IMG/VR virus record: IMGVR_UViG_3300021425_002620
Strand: one strand, 5' to 3'
DNA: 64,000 nt
Source: a virus
Taxonomy: Duplodnaviria > Caudoviricetes
Shown: positions 17,058 to 27,034 of the stretch, piece after piece
How positions within the stretch are numbered: the first letter of the stretch is position 1
Layout: each line of letters starts with the position of its first letter
The notes under the pieces: model-generated
Database searches by the model: none
Told to the model about the DNA's origin: nothing
Seen by the model: only the letters and a program-made list of their open reading frames with translations
Translations under genes and position numbers: made by a program

Positions 17058-19730
17058 TCAATCTCCAAAGTCAAACAAACTACTAAATGTGTTGTGTTGT
17101 TTAGTATCTTCTAGATCATAATTCAACACACCAATCAAATTATCAAGTTTGTTATCAATAATTGTTTCTGCCATTGCTGCATCATCAAATGGCAATTCTT
17201 TAAACCACTCAGGTAATCTTAGCTCATCTGTTGGATAAGCAACACTTGTATAACCTAAGGGATTCTGTTTTAATTTACAAACAATAACTTTCATACCGTC
17301 AACGATTTCTTGTGAGTATTTGTCACCGTTCATACGTTTTAGTGTATTCCAATTAATGCTTGCCCGCACGTGGCCCGGCATATTTGCCTTGCCTTGTTTT
17401 TGTTCAAGACGCTGATAGTGTCCAATCTTGTTTGCACGTTTAGGCGAACCTTTTTCCCAACCTGGCATCTCTTGAAACTCTTTACGGAACTGTGTAATAC
17501 GTTCTAGTACTTCAGATTCTTCTGCATCTGTAAGCACCATTAAAAGTACTTCGCTTAAAAACTTTTGCATAAACACAGGAGTGTCTGACCTACGTAAGTC
17601 TAAGCCCATTGCCTTTACTTTACCAGGCTTACCGTCTTGATCTGTTCTAAAACCTTCATTGTCAACTACTAGTGCCGCATATCGCTTCTTAGTAATATAA
17701 AGACCACTCTGAGCAACAATTTCTCTACCTGCCGCAATAACGTCACTTCTGCTCTTTGGACAATGAAATGCTTGCAACATAAACTTTTCAAATGTTGTAT
17801 TTGCTTGTTCACAAACTTGATCATATAGTGCAATACATTTTTCAGTATTCCATTCAAGTTTACCAGTTCCTACGTCTTCCTGTAGTACAGGCCATGCACT
17901 AAAGTAAACAGAGTCAGTGTCGCCATATATTACTGCTTTACCGGTATGATCGTAATCACCTGTAATTACATTGTTAACTTCAGCACTCATATGTTTAACA
18001 ATTTGTCTACCAGTTAGTGTAGTTGACTGACCAATACGTTTATCGAAAAATCTACAGCCCGGATTCAAAATAGCACCATACAAGCTGTTCAAGTTAATCT
18101 TTTTAACTAACTGTCGCTTGTCCCAGTATTCTATTTCTGCATCAAGATTTGCGTCTTTTGCTTTTTTAAGTTTCTTTTGTAGTTCTTTACGTTCTGCGTA
18201 CCAGCGTTTAAGAATACCCGGAATAACACCTTCAAACTCTGTAGTAAAGATTGTACCATTTGCACTAAGCATCCAAGGCATCTGACTGTCAAATATAAGT
18301 TGATAAATCTCTGCACCACTTAGTACATCTGATCTACCATCCTCCCAATCAACAGTTAGCGCAACATCTTTACGTTGCTCCATTACTGCTTCATATTCTT
18401 CAGTTGAAAATCGTCCTTCCCAACTACCTGCGAAGCTCTTCTTCTTAAGAGTCATATCTTCGTGTACACGAGATTCAGTTATTTCAGGACGTATTTGTCC
18501 AACAATAGTTTCCGGTGCCATATTTAAAGCACGAATCACTGAAGGATATAGTGAGTTTAAGTCCATTGAACCAATCCACTTGTGCAGTCCTTTTTTTGGA
18601 AATGCAACATATGCTCCAGCAGCCTGTGTATTTTCTGTGTCGTCACGTTTGGGGCGATTAGGAACCTGTAGTCCTCTGTTATGTGCTTCGTTAATAATAC
18701 CTTGCTCTGTAACGGCAACAGCACCCATTGTTGTTTGAAGCATCACAGTATTTTCGTGTGCAATACTGTTACTAAGATCAATAAATCGTAGTTTCTTGTC
18801 TAGTTTGTCCAGTAGTGCAGTATCCTGAATGTTATATTCAATAAACTTACGGAAGTCGTTGTTATATAACTGATCCAGCGTACCTTCATATGGCACTTTG
18901 TTTTCGCCTACTTCAATCTCACCAATCGCATCTAATCGATATGAGTGACGTTCTTCATATGTATACTTACGATACAGTTCTAATGAGTCTAAGTGTACAC
19001 GACCTACTAAATCAAATGTAACTGCTTGCTTCCCATATTTTTCGTATTCACGCTTCTTAGGCAGTTGTCCCCATAGGCAAAACCGCCTTGTGTCATCTTT
19101 ACTGAGTACACGACTAGTTCTGTTTACAGTATACGGAATATCATAACCTTCACTGTTCCAACCACTTAGTATGTCAGCATCTTCAATTAGCGTTAAGAAG
19201 GTATCAATCATATCACCTTCACGTTCAAACAACATTACATTATCAATGCCTTCTAATTCTTTTTGTGCCTGATCCATAGTTAGTGTTTTAGGAGGAACAG
19301 CAAGACACACCATTGTTTCTAACCACTGCAAATACACAGAGATAGATGTAATTGGCATAAAAGGATCGCTTGGATCAGCAAAGCCACGCTCTGGATCAAA
19401 GTCAGTCTCAATATCGAAAAATGCAATATTTAGTTTAGGTGCATCTTGGTTAAGATAGTTTTCACTAAGACATTGAAAAAGTGGATTGATGTCGCTTTCG
19501 AATAAGTTCTTGCCTTTGTTAATAGCAACTTCTTTTCGAAAGTCTTTTGTGTTTTTACAAACAATACGTGATAGAGGATCTCCGTAAATACTTTTGTATT
19601 TGCCTCGAGGATCTTCGTAATAAAATGTATATTTGGCAGGATATTCTGTAAAGTGTCTTTTGCCATCGCGTCTTTCTACAACACGAATAATATCCTGATC
19701 GCGATCGAACATCGCATCTACGTATGGCAT
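17058..19730 (-). CDS. family B DNA polymerase (T4 gp43-like)
   Basis: Exo DIETD, NSEGYD and YNIQD; Pol DLNSLYPS, KINLNSLYG and YGDTDS. Confidence 0.97.
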   Translation of the reverse strand: MPYVDAMFDRDQDIIRVVERRDGKRHFTEYPAKYTFYYEDPRGKYKSIYGDPLSRIVCKNTKDFRKEVAINKGKNLFESDINPLFQCLSENYLNQDAPKLNIAFFDIETDFDPERGFADPSDPFMPITSISVYLQWLETMVCLAVPPKTLTMDQAQKELEGIDNVMLFEREGDMIDTFLTLIEDADILSGWNSEGYDIPYTVNRTSRVLSKDDTRRFCLWGQLPKKREYEKYGKQAVTFDLVGRVHLDSLELYRKYTYEERHSYRLDAIGEIEVGENKVPYEGTLDQLYNNDFRKFIEYNIQDTALLDKLDKKLRFIDLSNSIAHENTVMLQTTMGAVAVTEQGIINEAHNRGLQVPNRPKRDDTENTQAAGAYVAFPKKGLHKWIGSMDLNSLYPSVIRALNMAPETIVGQIRPEITESRVHEDMTLKKKSFAGSWEGRFSTEEYEAVMEQRKDVALTVDWEDGRSDVLSGAEIYQLIFDSQMPWMLSANGTIFTTEFEGVIPGILKRWYAERKELQKKLKKAKDANLDAEIEYWDKRQLVKKINLNSLYGAILNPGCRFFDKRIGQSTTLTGRQIVKHMSAEVNNVITGDYDHTGKAVIYGDTDSVYFSAWPVLQEDVGTGKLEWNTEKCIALYDQVCEQANTTFEKFMLQAFHCPKSRSDVIAAGREIVAQSGLYITKKRYAALVVDNEGFRTDQDGKPGKVKAMGLDLRRSDTPVFMQKFLSEVLLMVLTDAEESEVLERITQFRKEFQEMPGWEKGSPKRANKIGHYQRLEQKQGKANMPGHVRASINWNTLKRMNGDKYSQEIVDGMKVIVCKLKQNPLGYTSVAYPTDELRLPEWFKELPFDDAAMAETIIDNKLDNLIGVLNYDLEDTKQHNTFSSLFDFGD

Positions 19731-19803
19731 CTAATTTTCTCCTCGTTGCTTGTGGCCAACTTAACCTTCATTCTTGCTCGACAATCGTCTTTGAGCGTAA
19801 TAA

Positions 19804-19810
19804 TATTTAT
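19804..19810 (-). promoter_or_regulatory. late-type promoter upstream of the DNA polymerase
   Basis: ATAAATA overlapping the upstream stop. Confidence 0.45.
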
Positions 19811-20091
19811 TACCACCATTTCATAGCAACACCAAATCCGAGTACGTTAACAAATATAAACCAACCTGTTAACATCATTGGCCATGCTAGTTTGCGTCTG
19901 TAATATCCTAGTACTCCAAAAACACTACCTATAAAAAAGCCTGGATAAACTATACGCATATCAGGCGCATCTGCGGTAAGTGCTAATGAAGCACTGGCGG
20001 CTACTGTAAAAACAAAACTTAATAGTTCGTATCCAAATGCTATACGATCAGTCCGATAACTGTCGGCCCAAAACTCGTATATTTTTCTCAC
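19810..20091 (-). CDS. membrane protein
   Basis: Three hydrophobic segments; GTGA overlap with the upstream gene. Confidence 0.75.
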   Translation of the reverse strand: MRKIYEFWADSYRTDRIAFGYELLSFVFTVAASASLALTADAPDMRIVYPGFFIGSVFGVLGYYRRKLAWPMMLTGWFIFVNVLGFGVAMKWW

Positions 20092-20348
20092 TTGTCATAG
20101 CCTAATGTAGTAATAAGTGTTTCTAGATCGTCATATGCATCTGCATGACTTTCCCAATCACGTTTTTGTGCAATTTTAATTGCTTTATTAATTAGAGATG
20201 GTTTAATGTCCATTTCTTCTGCAACTGCTTTTACAGTTTCTTTTAATCCTGTATTAAGATCTTCAATCTCTTGTAATACAGTAACACCTTCTCTTACTAG
20301 TCTTTCTAATTTTTGCTTTTCGTCAGCACCGTAGGTACGAGATCCCAT
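20088..20348 (-). CDS. DsbA/GapR-like dsDNA-binding protein
   Basis: 86 aa helical; LKETVKAVAEEMDIKPSLINKAIK resembles T4 DsbA/DUF2312. Confidence 0.55.
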   Translation of the reverse strand: MGSRTYGADEKQKLERLVREGVTVLQEIEDLNTGLKETVKAVAEEMDIKPSLINKAIKIAQKRDWESHADAYDDLETLITTLGYDK

Positions 20349-20375
20349 AGTATTCTCCTGTTAATGTTATTATAT

Positions 20376-20404
20376 ATTATAGTATCTGATTAGATTAGTG
20401 TCAA
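20376..20404 (-). promoter_or_regulatory. sigma70-type promoter
   Basis: TTGACA-17-TATAAT; AGGAG SD downstream. Confidence 0.75.
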
Positions 20405-20407
20405 CCG

Positions 20408-21040
20408 TTAAATGACTTTTATGTTATCAAAGGCACGATGCCAGCCAAAATGCTGTGCTTTGTAGTCTGATTGATCGTCGGAAGATAGTTTTTCCCATTC
20501 TGCTCGTCTTGCATTAAGCTCGTGAGCACCTTTATACCAGTTGGTATTTTCAATGATATGTTCAAGTTGTTCTTTTGCCTTATTTGCTTCTTCAAGTGTA
20601 TCAAAGTCTTGTTCAATGTGTATAACTTCCATTACAATGCCATGATCGATATAATCTAAACTAAAATCTATACCGTATTTAGGCTTTACTGCTAGTAACT
20701 TCTGTAATATTGGACGTTTAAATACTGCATCTTCTAATTGTTTTCTTGCTTCTCCTGCAAAAGCAAATCTTTGCAACAACATACAATGATCAAGAACTGG
20801 ACCTACTTCTGCATCTTCTTTATCAATATACCAAGGTATAACTGGTGCTACATGATACTGTATATCGTAATTTAGTTTGATACCTTGTGCTTCGTAGTAT
20901 GCACGTTCTAGAGGTGCAGGAACTTCATAGCCGTCTTTATCAAAATCTTTAAGGCTATATGTATCTATAAAATGTTGGGGTATAGGGTTGGTAAGTAAAA
21001 GTGACTCATTAAAACTGGCGTTTTGTTTAATAAGTTGCAA
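20408..21040 (-). CDS. hypothetical protein
   Basis: 210 aa ORF. Confidence 0.8.
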   Translation of the reverse strand: MQLIKQNASFNESLLLTNPIPQHFIDTYSLKDFDKDGYEVPAPLERAYYEAQGIKLNYDIQYHVAPVIPWYIDKEDAEVGPVLDHCMLLQRFAFAGEARKQLEDAVFKRPILQKLLAVKPKYGIDFSLDYIDHGIVMEVIHIEQDFDTLEEANKAKEQLEHIIENTNWYKGAHELNARRAEWEKLSSDDQSDYKAQHFGWHRAFDNIKVI

Positions 21041-21054
21041 TATTGCACTTCCTT

Positions 21055-21969
21055 TTATTTTTTTGCATCTAAGAGTCTGTATAGTTCATCTTTGATAGAC
21101 TCGTATGGTTGTCCTTTATGCTTTACTTTACCTGCTTTAGCATCTTTTTTCTTATCTTTGTGTGCGCCCATTGCACCACTTTTACGTAAGTCAGTCATAT
21201 ACTGAGCATTTGGATCGCGTGGTTTTAGACTTGGAACTTTTTTACCTTCTACAAGTGTTTCTATAATACCTTCAAGGTATGCTACTCTTGCTTCTAGTGC
21301 TTCTAATTTACCTTTGCCTGCTGCTGGATCAGTGAGTGTAAATTTACGACCGTTAACAGCAATAATTTGATCTCTACTAATGGCAAATGTTGCACCATTT
21401 AGTTCTAACTGTATTACATTTTTACCGTTAGTATCAAGATTCTTTAACATTTTAACTGCTGGTGCAGTACGTCTTTGACCTTTTTTATTAACATACGTAA
21501 TATCATCGCCTGCTTTTAGTGTGTAACCTTCGTCACTTGTAGGCATAGCACTTGGTTGTGCTTGTGCTGGTTGTTGTGCTGGTTGTTGTGCTGTTGGTTT
21601 TTTATCTTTGCCTTTAATTAAATCTTTAATTTGATCAACATCTGATTTTGGCTTCTTACCGTCAACTTGTGTATTAAGAGCATCTAGTTTGTTGTAGTTT
21701 TTAAAACCGTGCTTTAGTGCATCTAATGGTGTTGCTTCGTTAGTTTTTACACCAGCAAGGGCAGCAAAGTCACTTACACTATAATCTCTATCCATTTTCA
21801 ACGAACCTTCTGTAACTTCAGCATTCTCACGTAAGTAATCTTTGGTTGGTTCAACTGTTCCGGATGCCACCGAACCACCTTGTGCTACTTGCTGTAATTT
21901 TGCTAAATCTTCTCTTGGATCTGTTGGATCCAATTCAAAAAGTTTTTGCTGAAGTCTATGAAAGTCCAT
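21055..21969 (-). CDS. modular basic protein, putative internal head protein
   Basis: N-terminal ...KLFE, AQQP linker, Lys-rich C-terminal module. Confidence 0.6.
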   Translation of the reverse strand: MDFHRLQQKLFELDPTDPREDLAKLQQVAQGGSVASGTVEPTKDYLRENAEVTEGSLKMDRDYSVSDFAALAGVKTNEATPLDALKHGFKNYNKLDALNTQVDGKKPKSDVDQIKDLIKGKDKKPTAQQPAQQPAQAQPSAMPTSDEGYTLKAGDDITYVNKKGQRRTAPAVKMLKNLDTNGKNVIQLELNGATFAISRDQIIAVNGRKFTLTDPAAGKGKLEALEARVAYLEGIIETLVEGKKVPSLKPRDPNAQYMTDLRKSGAMGAHKDKKKDAKAGKVKHKGQPYESIKDELYRLLDAKK

Positions 21970-21973
21970 TAAC

Positions 21974-22465
21974 TTAGTTTCCGCCTTTGTTTGGACTTAT
22001 ATTTTTTGCTTTAATATTTTTTGCTGAAATCTTCTTTGTAGTAACTGCTTGTTCAGTTGCTTTTTTCTCAGCTAGTTTAGCATGTAAAGTATCTTTATAT
22101 TCTGATTCAGTCTTGCGAAGTTTCTTTTTACCACGCTTGCCACTTGCTTTTGCAGCATGTACCGCCTTACGATGTGCATCAGATTTAAATTTTCCTTCTG
22201 CAACTTCTTCACCTAGCTCACCTGTTGCTTCTTCGTAGTCTAGATGATGATATACACTGCCGATATAATCTGCTGACTTAGTAATTTTTGATTGAACCCA
22301 ACCTTCTAAGCCTTGTTCTTCGGATACACCTTTAAGCATGTCATGTAGTTTGATTGCATATTTTGCAATTTTATAAAGGTCTGAACGAGCCATTTGTACT
22401 TCGTGATCACGCTCTGCACGATCAGCTAGTTCGCCTAAACCTTCTTGTATTTCTGTTTTGTTCAT
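21974..22465 (-). CDS. putative internal head protein
   Basis: MNKTEIQE N-terminus; CCGGAG SD; late promoter. Confidence 0.65.
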   Translation of the reverse strand: MNKTEIQEGLGELADRAERDHEVQMARSDLYKIAKYAIKLHDMLKGVSEEQGLEGWVQSKITKSADYIGSVYHHLDYEEATGELGEEVAEGKFKSDAHRKAVHAAKASGKRGKKKLRKTESEYKDTLHAKLAEKKATEQAVTTKKISAKNIKAKNISPNKGGN

Positions 22466-22489
22466 TTATAATCTCCGGATCTTATATAC

Positions 22490-22496
22490 TATTTAT
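22490..22496 (-). promoter_or_regulatory. late promoter gATAAATA
   Basis: In the intergenic gap before the SD. Confidence 0.6.
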
Positions 22497-22828
22497 CTTT
22501 TGATAGGTTTGCCGCCCATGATATTATTTTTAACATCTAATGCATTTTTAGCAGTACCATCTGTATTTTTAACTTGTGGTGCTTTCGGCGCTCCGTATTT
22601 GCCCTTCTTTGTAGATTTAGCATGTGCATATGTTGGATTAACAACTGCGGCTATATTACCTGATGATGTTGCTCCTGCTGTTGCATCTTCTTTAACGTCT
22701 TCTGCATTACAATTACAGTGAGGACAGTCTGGTGGACATTTACAATCTTCTCTTTTTACGTCTGCTCCACAACATTTATCTGAACAATGTGTATCTCTTT
22801 TTTGTTCTAGTAATTCGCTTATTTTCAT
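22493..22828 (-). CDS. putative internal head protein with a Cys-rich module
   Basis: MKISELLE N-terminus; HCSDKCC...CKCPPDCPHCNC. Confidence 0.65.
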   Translation of the reverse strand: MKISELLEQKRDTHCSDKCCGADVKREDCKCPPDCPHCNCNAEDVKEDATAGATSSGNIAAVVNPTYAHAKSTKKGKYGAPKAPQVKNTDGTAKNALDVKNNIMGGKPIKR

Positions 22829-22837
22829 TTTTCTTTC

Positions 22838-23074
22838 CTATCTCACAAATTGCTGTATTAGAAACATACAACTTAACATAAGTCCTAACAAACTAACTTG
22901 TAGTATAGAAAGACCTATAATAAGTTTTCCTTGTACATCTGCCCAATACTTTCCTTCTGTATTAATCCATTCCTTTTGTTCTTCCGGTGTGCAATCTCTA
23001 GGCTGCCAGATCATTCCAGGTTGTCTACCTGCTGTTTCATAAGGTGTGTAAAATTTCATTTCTGTTTGCTTCAT
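22838..23074 (-). CDS. small membrane protein
   Basis: C-terminal TM helix; ATGA coupling. Confidence 0.6.
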   Translation of the reverse strand: MKQTEMKFYTPYETAGRQPGMIWQPRDCTPEEQKEWINTEGKYWADVQGKLIIGLSILQVSLLGLMLSCMFLIQQFVR

Positions 23075-23238
23075 TTTAAGTATTCTTTATAAGTTTTCCA
23101 ATAGTTTTGGCGTTCATTTGTGCTTGCTCGTCGAGCTTCATGTTCTTTAAGTTTTTTAATATAGTGACTTATATCTGTGTTATCTCTTGGATAAAGTTCT
23201 ACTATTTTTTCTTCCGTCCCGACTTCATATTTGCGCAC
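23071..23238 (-). CDS. small hypothetical protein (55 aa, GTG start)
   Basis: Manual translation MRKYEVGTEEKIVELYPRDN...YKEYLK; fills the gap and ends in an ATGA overlap. Confidence 0.5.
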   Translation of the reverse strand: MRKYEVGTEEKIVELYPRDNTDISHYIKKLKEHEARRASTNERQNYWKTYKEYLK

Positions 23239-24773
23239 CAATGATACATCCTCGCTTTCTCACCTGAGTATTTTTTTGCTTTCTTACGTAAACTAGTTAC
23301 CGATCCTTTACAACTTGCACCAGCCTTTTTGACTCTACCAGGACGACTTTTGCCTTTTTTCTTTCCGTCAGCAAAATTTTCTGCAAGTTCAGCAACTTCA
23401 TCTGGCACTTCGAACTGCCATACAGTTGCTTTACTGTTCTGTGCCATCATTGCAGTAAGTCTTGTGTTACCACCTACAAGTTCTTTGTATCCGTCACTGT
23501 AAACAGCAACGATAGGCATTTCAACATCGCCACTTTTTAATTGTGCTAATGCTCTTGCTTGTTTGTTTTTATCTAAACTTTTAAATGAGTTAGGGTCTGC
23601 TGCATCTGTGTTATTAATATCTTTAGCACTTTTAATAGTTACTGCTTTGCCCTTCTTAGCAAGTTTAATCCATTCTTTTTTACCAAGTTTCTTAAACTCT
23701 GGATAGCGAGTTGCTTCTTCCCATTCTACATCAAACTTTGGTTTTACAAATTTTATACTGTTAGTAATATTTTCTTCTAGCCAACTTTCGTCTAACATAT
23801 CTTCTAATACAGCATCTGCCATGTGTACACGAGCATACTCTGCACCTGTTAAACGCAGTGCATCATATCTATGATGTCCGTTTACAATGCGTCCTTTTCG
23901 ATCAATTTGTAAAGGTGCATAATCGTCGTTTAAAACTTTTACTAACTGTCTGCCTAGTTTATGCCATTGACGTTCGCTTTGTACACTTTTTAATTTGTCT
24001 AATTTAATTTTTCCAAGAGGCCCGAACTTTTTAATTTGAGGAGGTGCTTCTCCACCTGTAGGTTTGTCATCAAAGTGTGCGTCTTTATAACCTTGTGCAT
24101 CTTGTACATCATATCCTATGCGTTTTAGTTGTTTCATAAGATACTTCATTTCTTTTTCACCAGCATATGGCGCAACCATTATATCTGGTTCATCAACATT
24201 ACCACCAGCTGGCACTGATTTTAAATTAGCCATATTAGTACCTAATTTAACAAAATCATATGCTGTATCTGATTTTGTTATGAAAGTATTGCTAGGATTT
24301 GGTATTAAAGAACCTTCGTTTGATACACTATCTATTGCTTTAGGACCGTCTGGATGTTTAGGATTTAAGACAACAGTTTCGCCATTCATTAGTTCTGAAA
24401 TGTTTGCTGCTTTACCTAAACTATCTAAAAGTCTATGTAATTTGTCTTTAGGATCGTAATTGCCGCTTTCGTAACCTTTTTTGCCACGAACTTCTACACG
24501 ATTCTTTCCTTTTTCTTTTATATGTAAAATATCGTAATCGTCCGTGCGTTCAAATTTTATAGCAACACTTTCAGTAAGTCCTAAATTAAACATAACGTTA
24601 GTTGACTTACCTTTGATTTTTTTGCTTAGTGTAGGAGGCCTTCCATCTTTGTCAACTTTGTTTCCAAACTTTGCAGCCTGTTTTTTGATCTCACCGGGAC
24701 CAACATCAGCAGTTTGATTTTGTTTAGTTATACGGCCAACGCCTGCTGCTTCTTTAATGTCGTCCCATCTCAT
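23202..24773 (-). CDS. multi-module protein with two ParB/Srx-like domains
   Basis: PLQID...IVNGHHRYDAL and MPIVAV...LVGGNTRLTAM; N-terminus MRWDDIKE. Confidence 0.7.
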   Translation of the reverse strand: MRWDDIKEAAGVGRITKQNQTADVGPGEIKKQAAKFGNKVDKDGRPPTLSKKIKGKSTNVMFNLGLTESVAIKFERTDDYDILHIKEKGKNRVEVRGKKGYESGNYDPKDKLHRLLDSLGKAANISELMNGETVVLNPKHPDGPKAIDSVSNEGSLIPNPSNTFITKSDTAYDFVKLGTNMANLKSVPAGGNVDEPDIMVAPYAGEKEMKYLMKQLKRIGYDVQDAQGYKDAHFDDKPTGGEAPPQIKKFGPLGKIKLDKLKSVQSERQWHKLGRQLVKVLNDDYAPLQIDRKGRIVNGHHRYDALRLTGAEYARVHMADAVLEDMLDESWLEENITNSIKFVKPKFDVEWEEATRYPEFKKLGKKEWIKLAKKGKAVTIKSAKDINNTDAADPNSFKSLDKNKQARALAQLKSGDVEMPIVAVYSDGYKELVGGNTRLTAMMAQNSKATVWQFEVPDEVAELAENFADGKKKGKSRPGRVKKAGASCKGSVTSLRKKAKKYSGEKARMYHWCANMKSGRKKK

Positions 24774-24991
24774 TTTTTACGACTCCTAAGTCCGGGTGGA
24801 TATTCTTGGCCCTTCCAGTAAGGTCTACTAAACCAAAGTTTAAACCAATCTTCGTCACCTGGACGTAAATTCTTTTCTCTTTCTATACGTTGCTTTTCAG
24901 TACCTGTAACAGATATATTTTCTTGATAAGGAGTATATCCTTTAAACTCGTTAACACCTGCTAGTTTTTTAATGTACTCAAGCTCGTCCAT
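24770..24991 (-). CDS. hypothetical protein
   Basis: 73 aa; MDELEYIKKLAGVNE. Confidence 0.75.
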   Translation of the reverse strand: MDELEYIKKLAGVNEFKGYTPYQENISVTGTEKQRIEREKNLRPGDEDWFKLWFSRPYWKGQEYPPGLRSRKK

Positions 24992-25929
24992 TATTTTTTA
25001 GCCATTTTAGTTGCTGTTGCATACATTACTGCTTCTGCATCTTTGCCATAACGCTTTTTAAAATCGCTTTTGTTTTTCTTCATGCCTTTAACATATTTTT
25101 CTTTATCTTTTTCTTCACCTTTAGAAAGTTCACGTTCAATAATTGCTAGTGCTTGTTTTATATCTTCTTTTGTTACAATATAACGTTTGCCTTTAGCTTT
25201 AATTTCTTTACCTGCAATATACTTTAGTAGTGCTGATAATTTTTCTACATCTTCTTCTCTGTTGACGTAGTCTTGAATCATATCTTTAATGTAGTTAATT
25301 AAACTACCTTTGTCTAGTATTAAGTCACCTTCTTCAACAGGTTCTACATCTTTTACACCCATGCCTTTGCGTACAGCATCATACATAGTTTGTGCTAGTT
25401 TCTTATCTGGTACACCTTGTGCAAATGTTTCTAATTCACCCGCAGCAGCCGCTGCTCTCATTTTGCTTGCACTCATGCCACTTACATCATCAGCATCTGG
25501 ATCACGTTCACCAGCACTTAGTACATTGATACTATCAAACTTAAACGGAACATTACCACTTTTATCAGGTTGACCGTTGTATGTATCAAATAATTTTTGG
25601 AATCCTGCTACACGATCACTTCCTGCTATAAAAATAACATCAGTATATCCTAAACCTTGTAACATTTCTAATGCTTGTACAGGTGTGCGTACACTTTCAT
25701 GACCAATGTTTATACCAGGAAAGAATTGTTTAGCAAACTTTAACTTCGTTGCAAAGTCTAGTGGATCTGTCTTAGGCTTTTGTGTTTGACTTAAGAATAG
25801 ATAATGATCGCCATCTTGCTTCTTGATAGCGTCTACTAATTTAGCATGACCTATTGTAGGTGGATTTAATCTACCAAATGCTAATACTGCTTGTTTTTTA
25901 GGTGCTTCGTATAACTCTCTTAATAACAT
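24991..25929 (-). CDS. HIGH-superfamily nucleotidyltransferase with extra C-terminal modules
   Basis: FGRLNPPTIGH, AGSDR and MSASKMR; start MLLRELYE just after the upstream stop. Confidence 0.85.
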   Translation of the reverse strand: MLLRELYEAPKKQAVLAFGRLNPPTIGHAKLVDAIKKQDGDHYLFLSQTQKPKTDPLDFATKLKFAKQFFPGINIGHESVRTPVQALEMLQGLGYTDVIFIAGSDRVAGFQKLFDTYNGQPDKSGNVPFKFDSINVLSAGERDPDADDVSGMSASKMRAAAAAGELETFAQGVPDKKLAQTMYDAVRKGMGVKDVEPVEEGDLILDKGSLINYIKDMIQDYVNREEDVEKLSALLKYIAGKEIKAKGKRYIVTKEDIKQALAIIERELSKGEEKDKEKYVKGMKKNKSDFKKRYGKDAEAVMYATATKMAKK

Positions 25930-25933
25930 TATC

Positions 25934-27034
25934 TTAATTAGGCTGCCAACGTGTTCTAGGTACAAGTTTAGTTTTGCTACCTAGTGCAACATATCCTTCA
26001 CCGCCTTTTTCTCCTCCTGTTGATGCTTTAACATCTGCATCAGCATTATCTAATTGATCTATAATACTATCTTTAGCAGTCATAACCTGCTTTATAAGAT
26101 CAAACATTTCTGGTAATGCTTTTGGATTAGCATCATTCATTGCTGCTAATTTTGCCTGTTGTCCTTGACTTACTTTACTAGTTTTTAACCAATCAAAAAA
26201 CCCTGTAGCAATCTTATCTAACTGCTGCGTACGAGTCATATGGTTCATATACGTATAAATTATTTGAGCTGGATTACTTAAACCTTGTGTACCTGCTAAA
26301 AATTGATCTATATCAGTTGCATACTTTTTAGCCTTTGCTCTTACAGCATCAACAACTTTAGTGTCTACATTTGGTTGATGTGTAACATATGTTTGTCCTA
26401 ATACTACTGCATCTTTTGAATTAAGTTCTGAAACATTTTCTATAGGGGTTCCTGATTTACTACCCCACTCTTCATACTTTTGATGTACTACTAAGCCTAC
26501 CTTAGACCCTGCTATACGCTTTCCTAAATCACTTGAAGGATCTACAGTATACTTTACTTTATTAGGTGTAAATTCTAAACCGTCGTTGCTTGATACAAAT
26601 GATTTACGTGGACTGTATAGTAAGTCACCGTATACGTAACCTCTAAAGTTAGGTGGTGTTGAATTTTTCATTACATCAAAAATTTCAGCCATTTCTTGAC
26701 CAAACTCTTTACGCCATGGTTCTTCTTCTACACCTTTACCTGAATTTTGAATAAAACGTGATAAATCCTGTGACGATGTTGATTTGTTTTTGCCCCAACC
26801 GTTTTTACCTACAAGTACAAATGTACCATCAGGTTCACGTCCCCAATAAATTGTTGGATTGCCGTCCCACTTAATAGCAACATCTCCGCTGTCGCTACCT
26901 AGTTTTTCTAGTATGTCTGCTGCTTCTAAAGCACCTTTAGATCCTTTAACAAATACCAAATCCTCAAGATGCTGATATTCGCGCCCAACTTTTGCTGCTT
27001 CGGTTAGAACGTGACGGAATTCAGCAAAGCGCAT
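25934..27034 (-). CDS. ATP-dependent ligase-like (covalent nucleotidyltransferase fold) protein
   Basis: KWDG (motif I), YVYGDLL (III-like), GGEGYV (IV) and KTKLV (V); N-terminus MRFAEFRHVLTE. Confidence 0.55.
   Translation of the reverse strand: MRFAEFRHVLTEAAKVGREYQHLEDLVFVKGSKGALEAADILEKLGSDSGDVAIKWDGNPTIYWGREPDGTFVLVGKNGWGKNKSTSSQDLSRFIQNSGKGVEEEPWRKEFGQEMAEIFDVMKNSTPPNFRGYVYGDLLYSPRKSFVSSNDGLEFTPNKVKYTVDPSSDLGKRIAGSKVGLVVHQKYEEWGSKSGTPIENVSELNSKDAVVLGQTYVTHQPNVDTKVVDAVRAKAKKYATDIDQFLAGTQGLSNPAQIIYTYMNHMTRTQQLDKIATGFFDWLKTSKVSQGQQAKLAAMNDANPKALPEMFDLIKQVMTAKDSIIDQLDNADADVKASTGGEKGGEGYVALGSKTKLVPRTRWQPN

Noticed and set aside
17058-19730. Intein or intron in the DNA polymerase (also thyA, clpA)
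   Set aside because: Motifs are contiguous at normal spacing and lengths are typical.
21550-21600. Short tandem DNA repeat (TTGTGCTGGTTG-like)
   Set aside because: Explained by an AQQP low-complexity linker; only about 2-3 copies.
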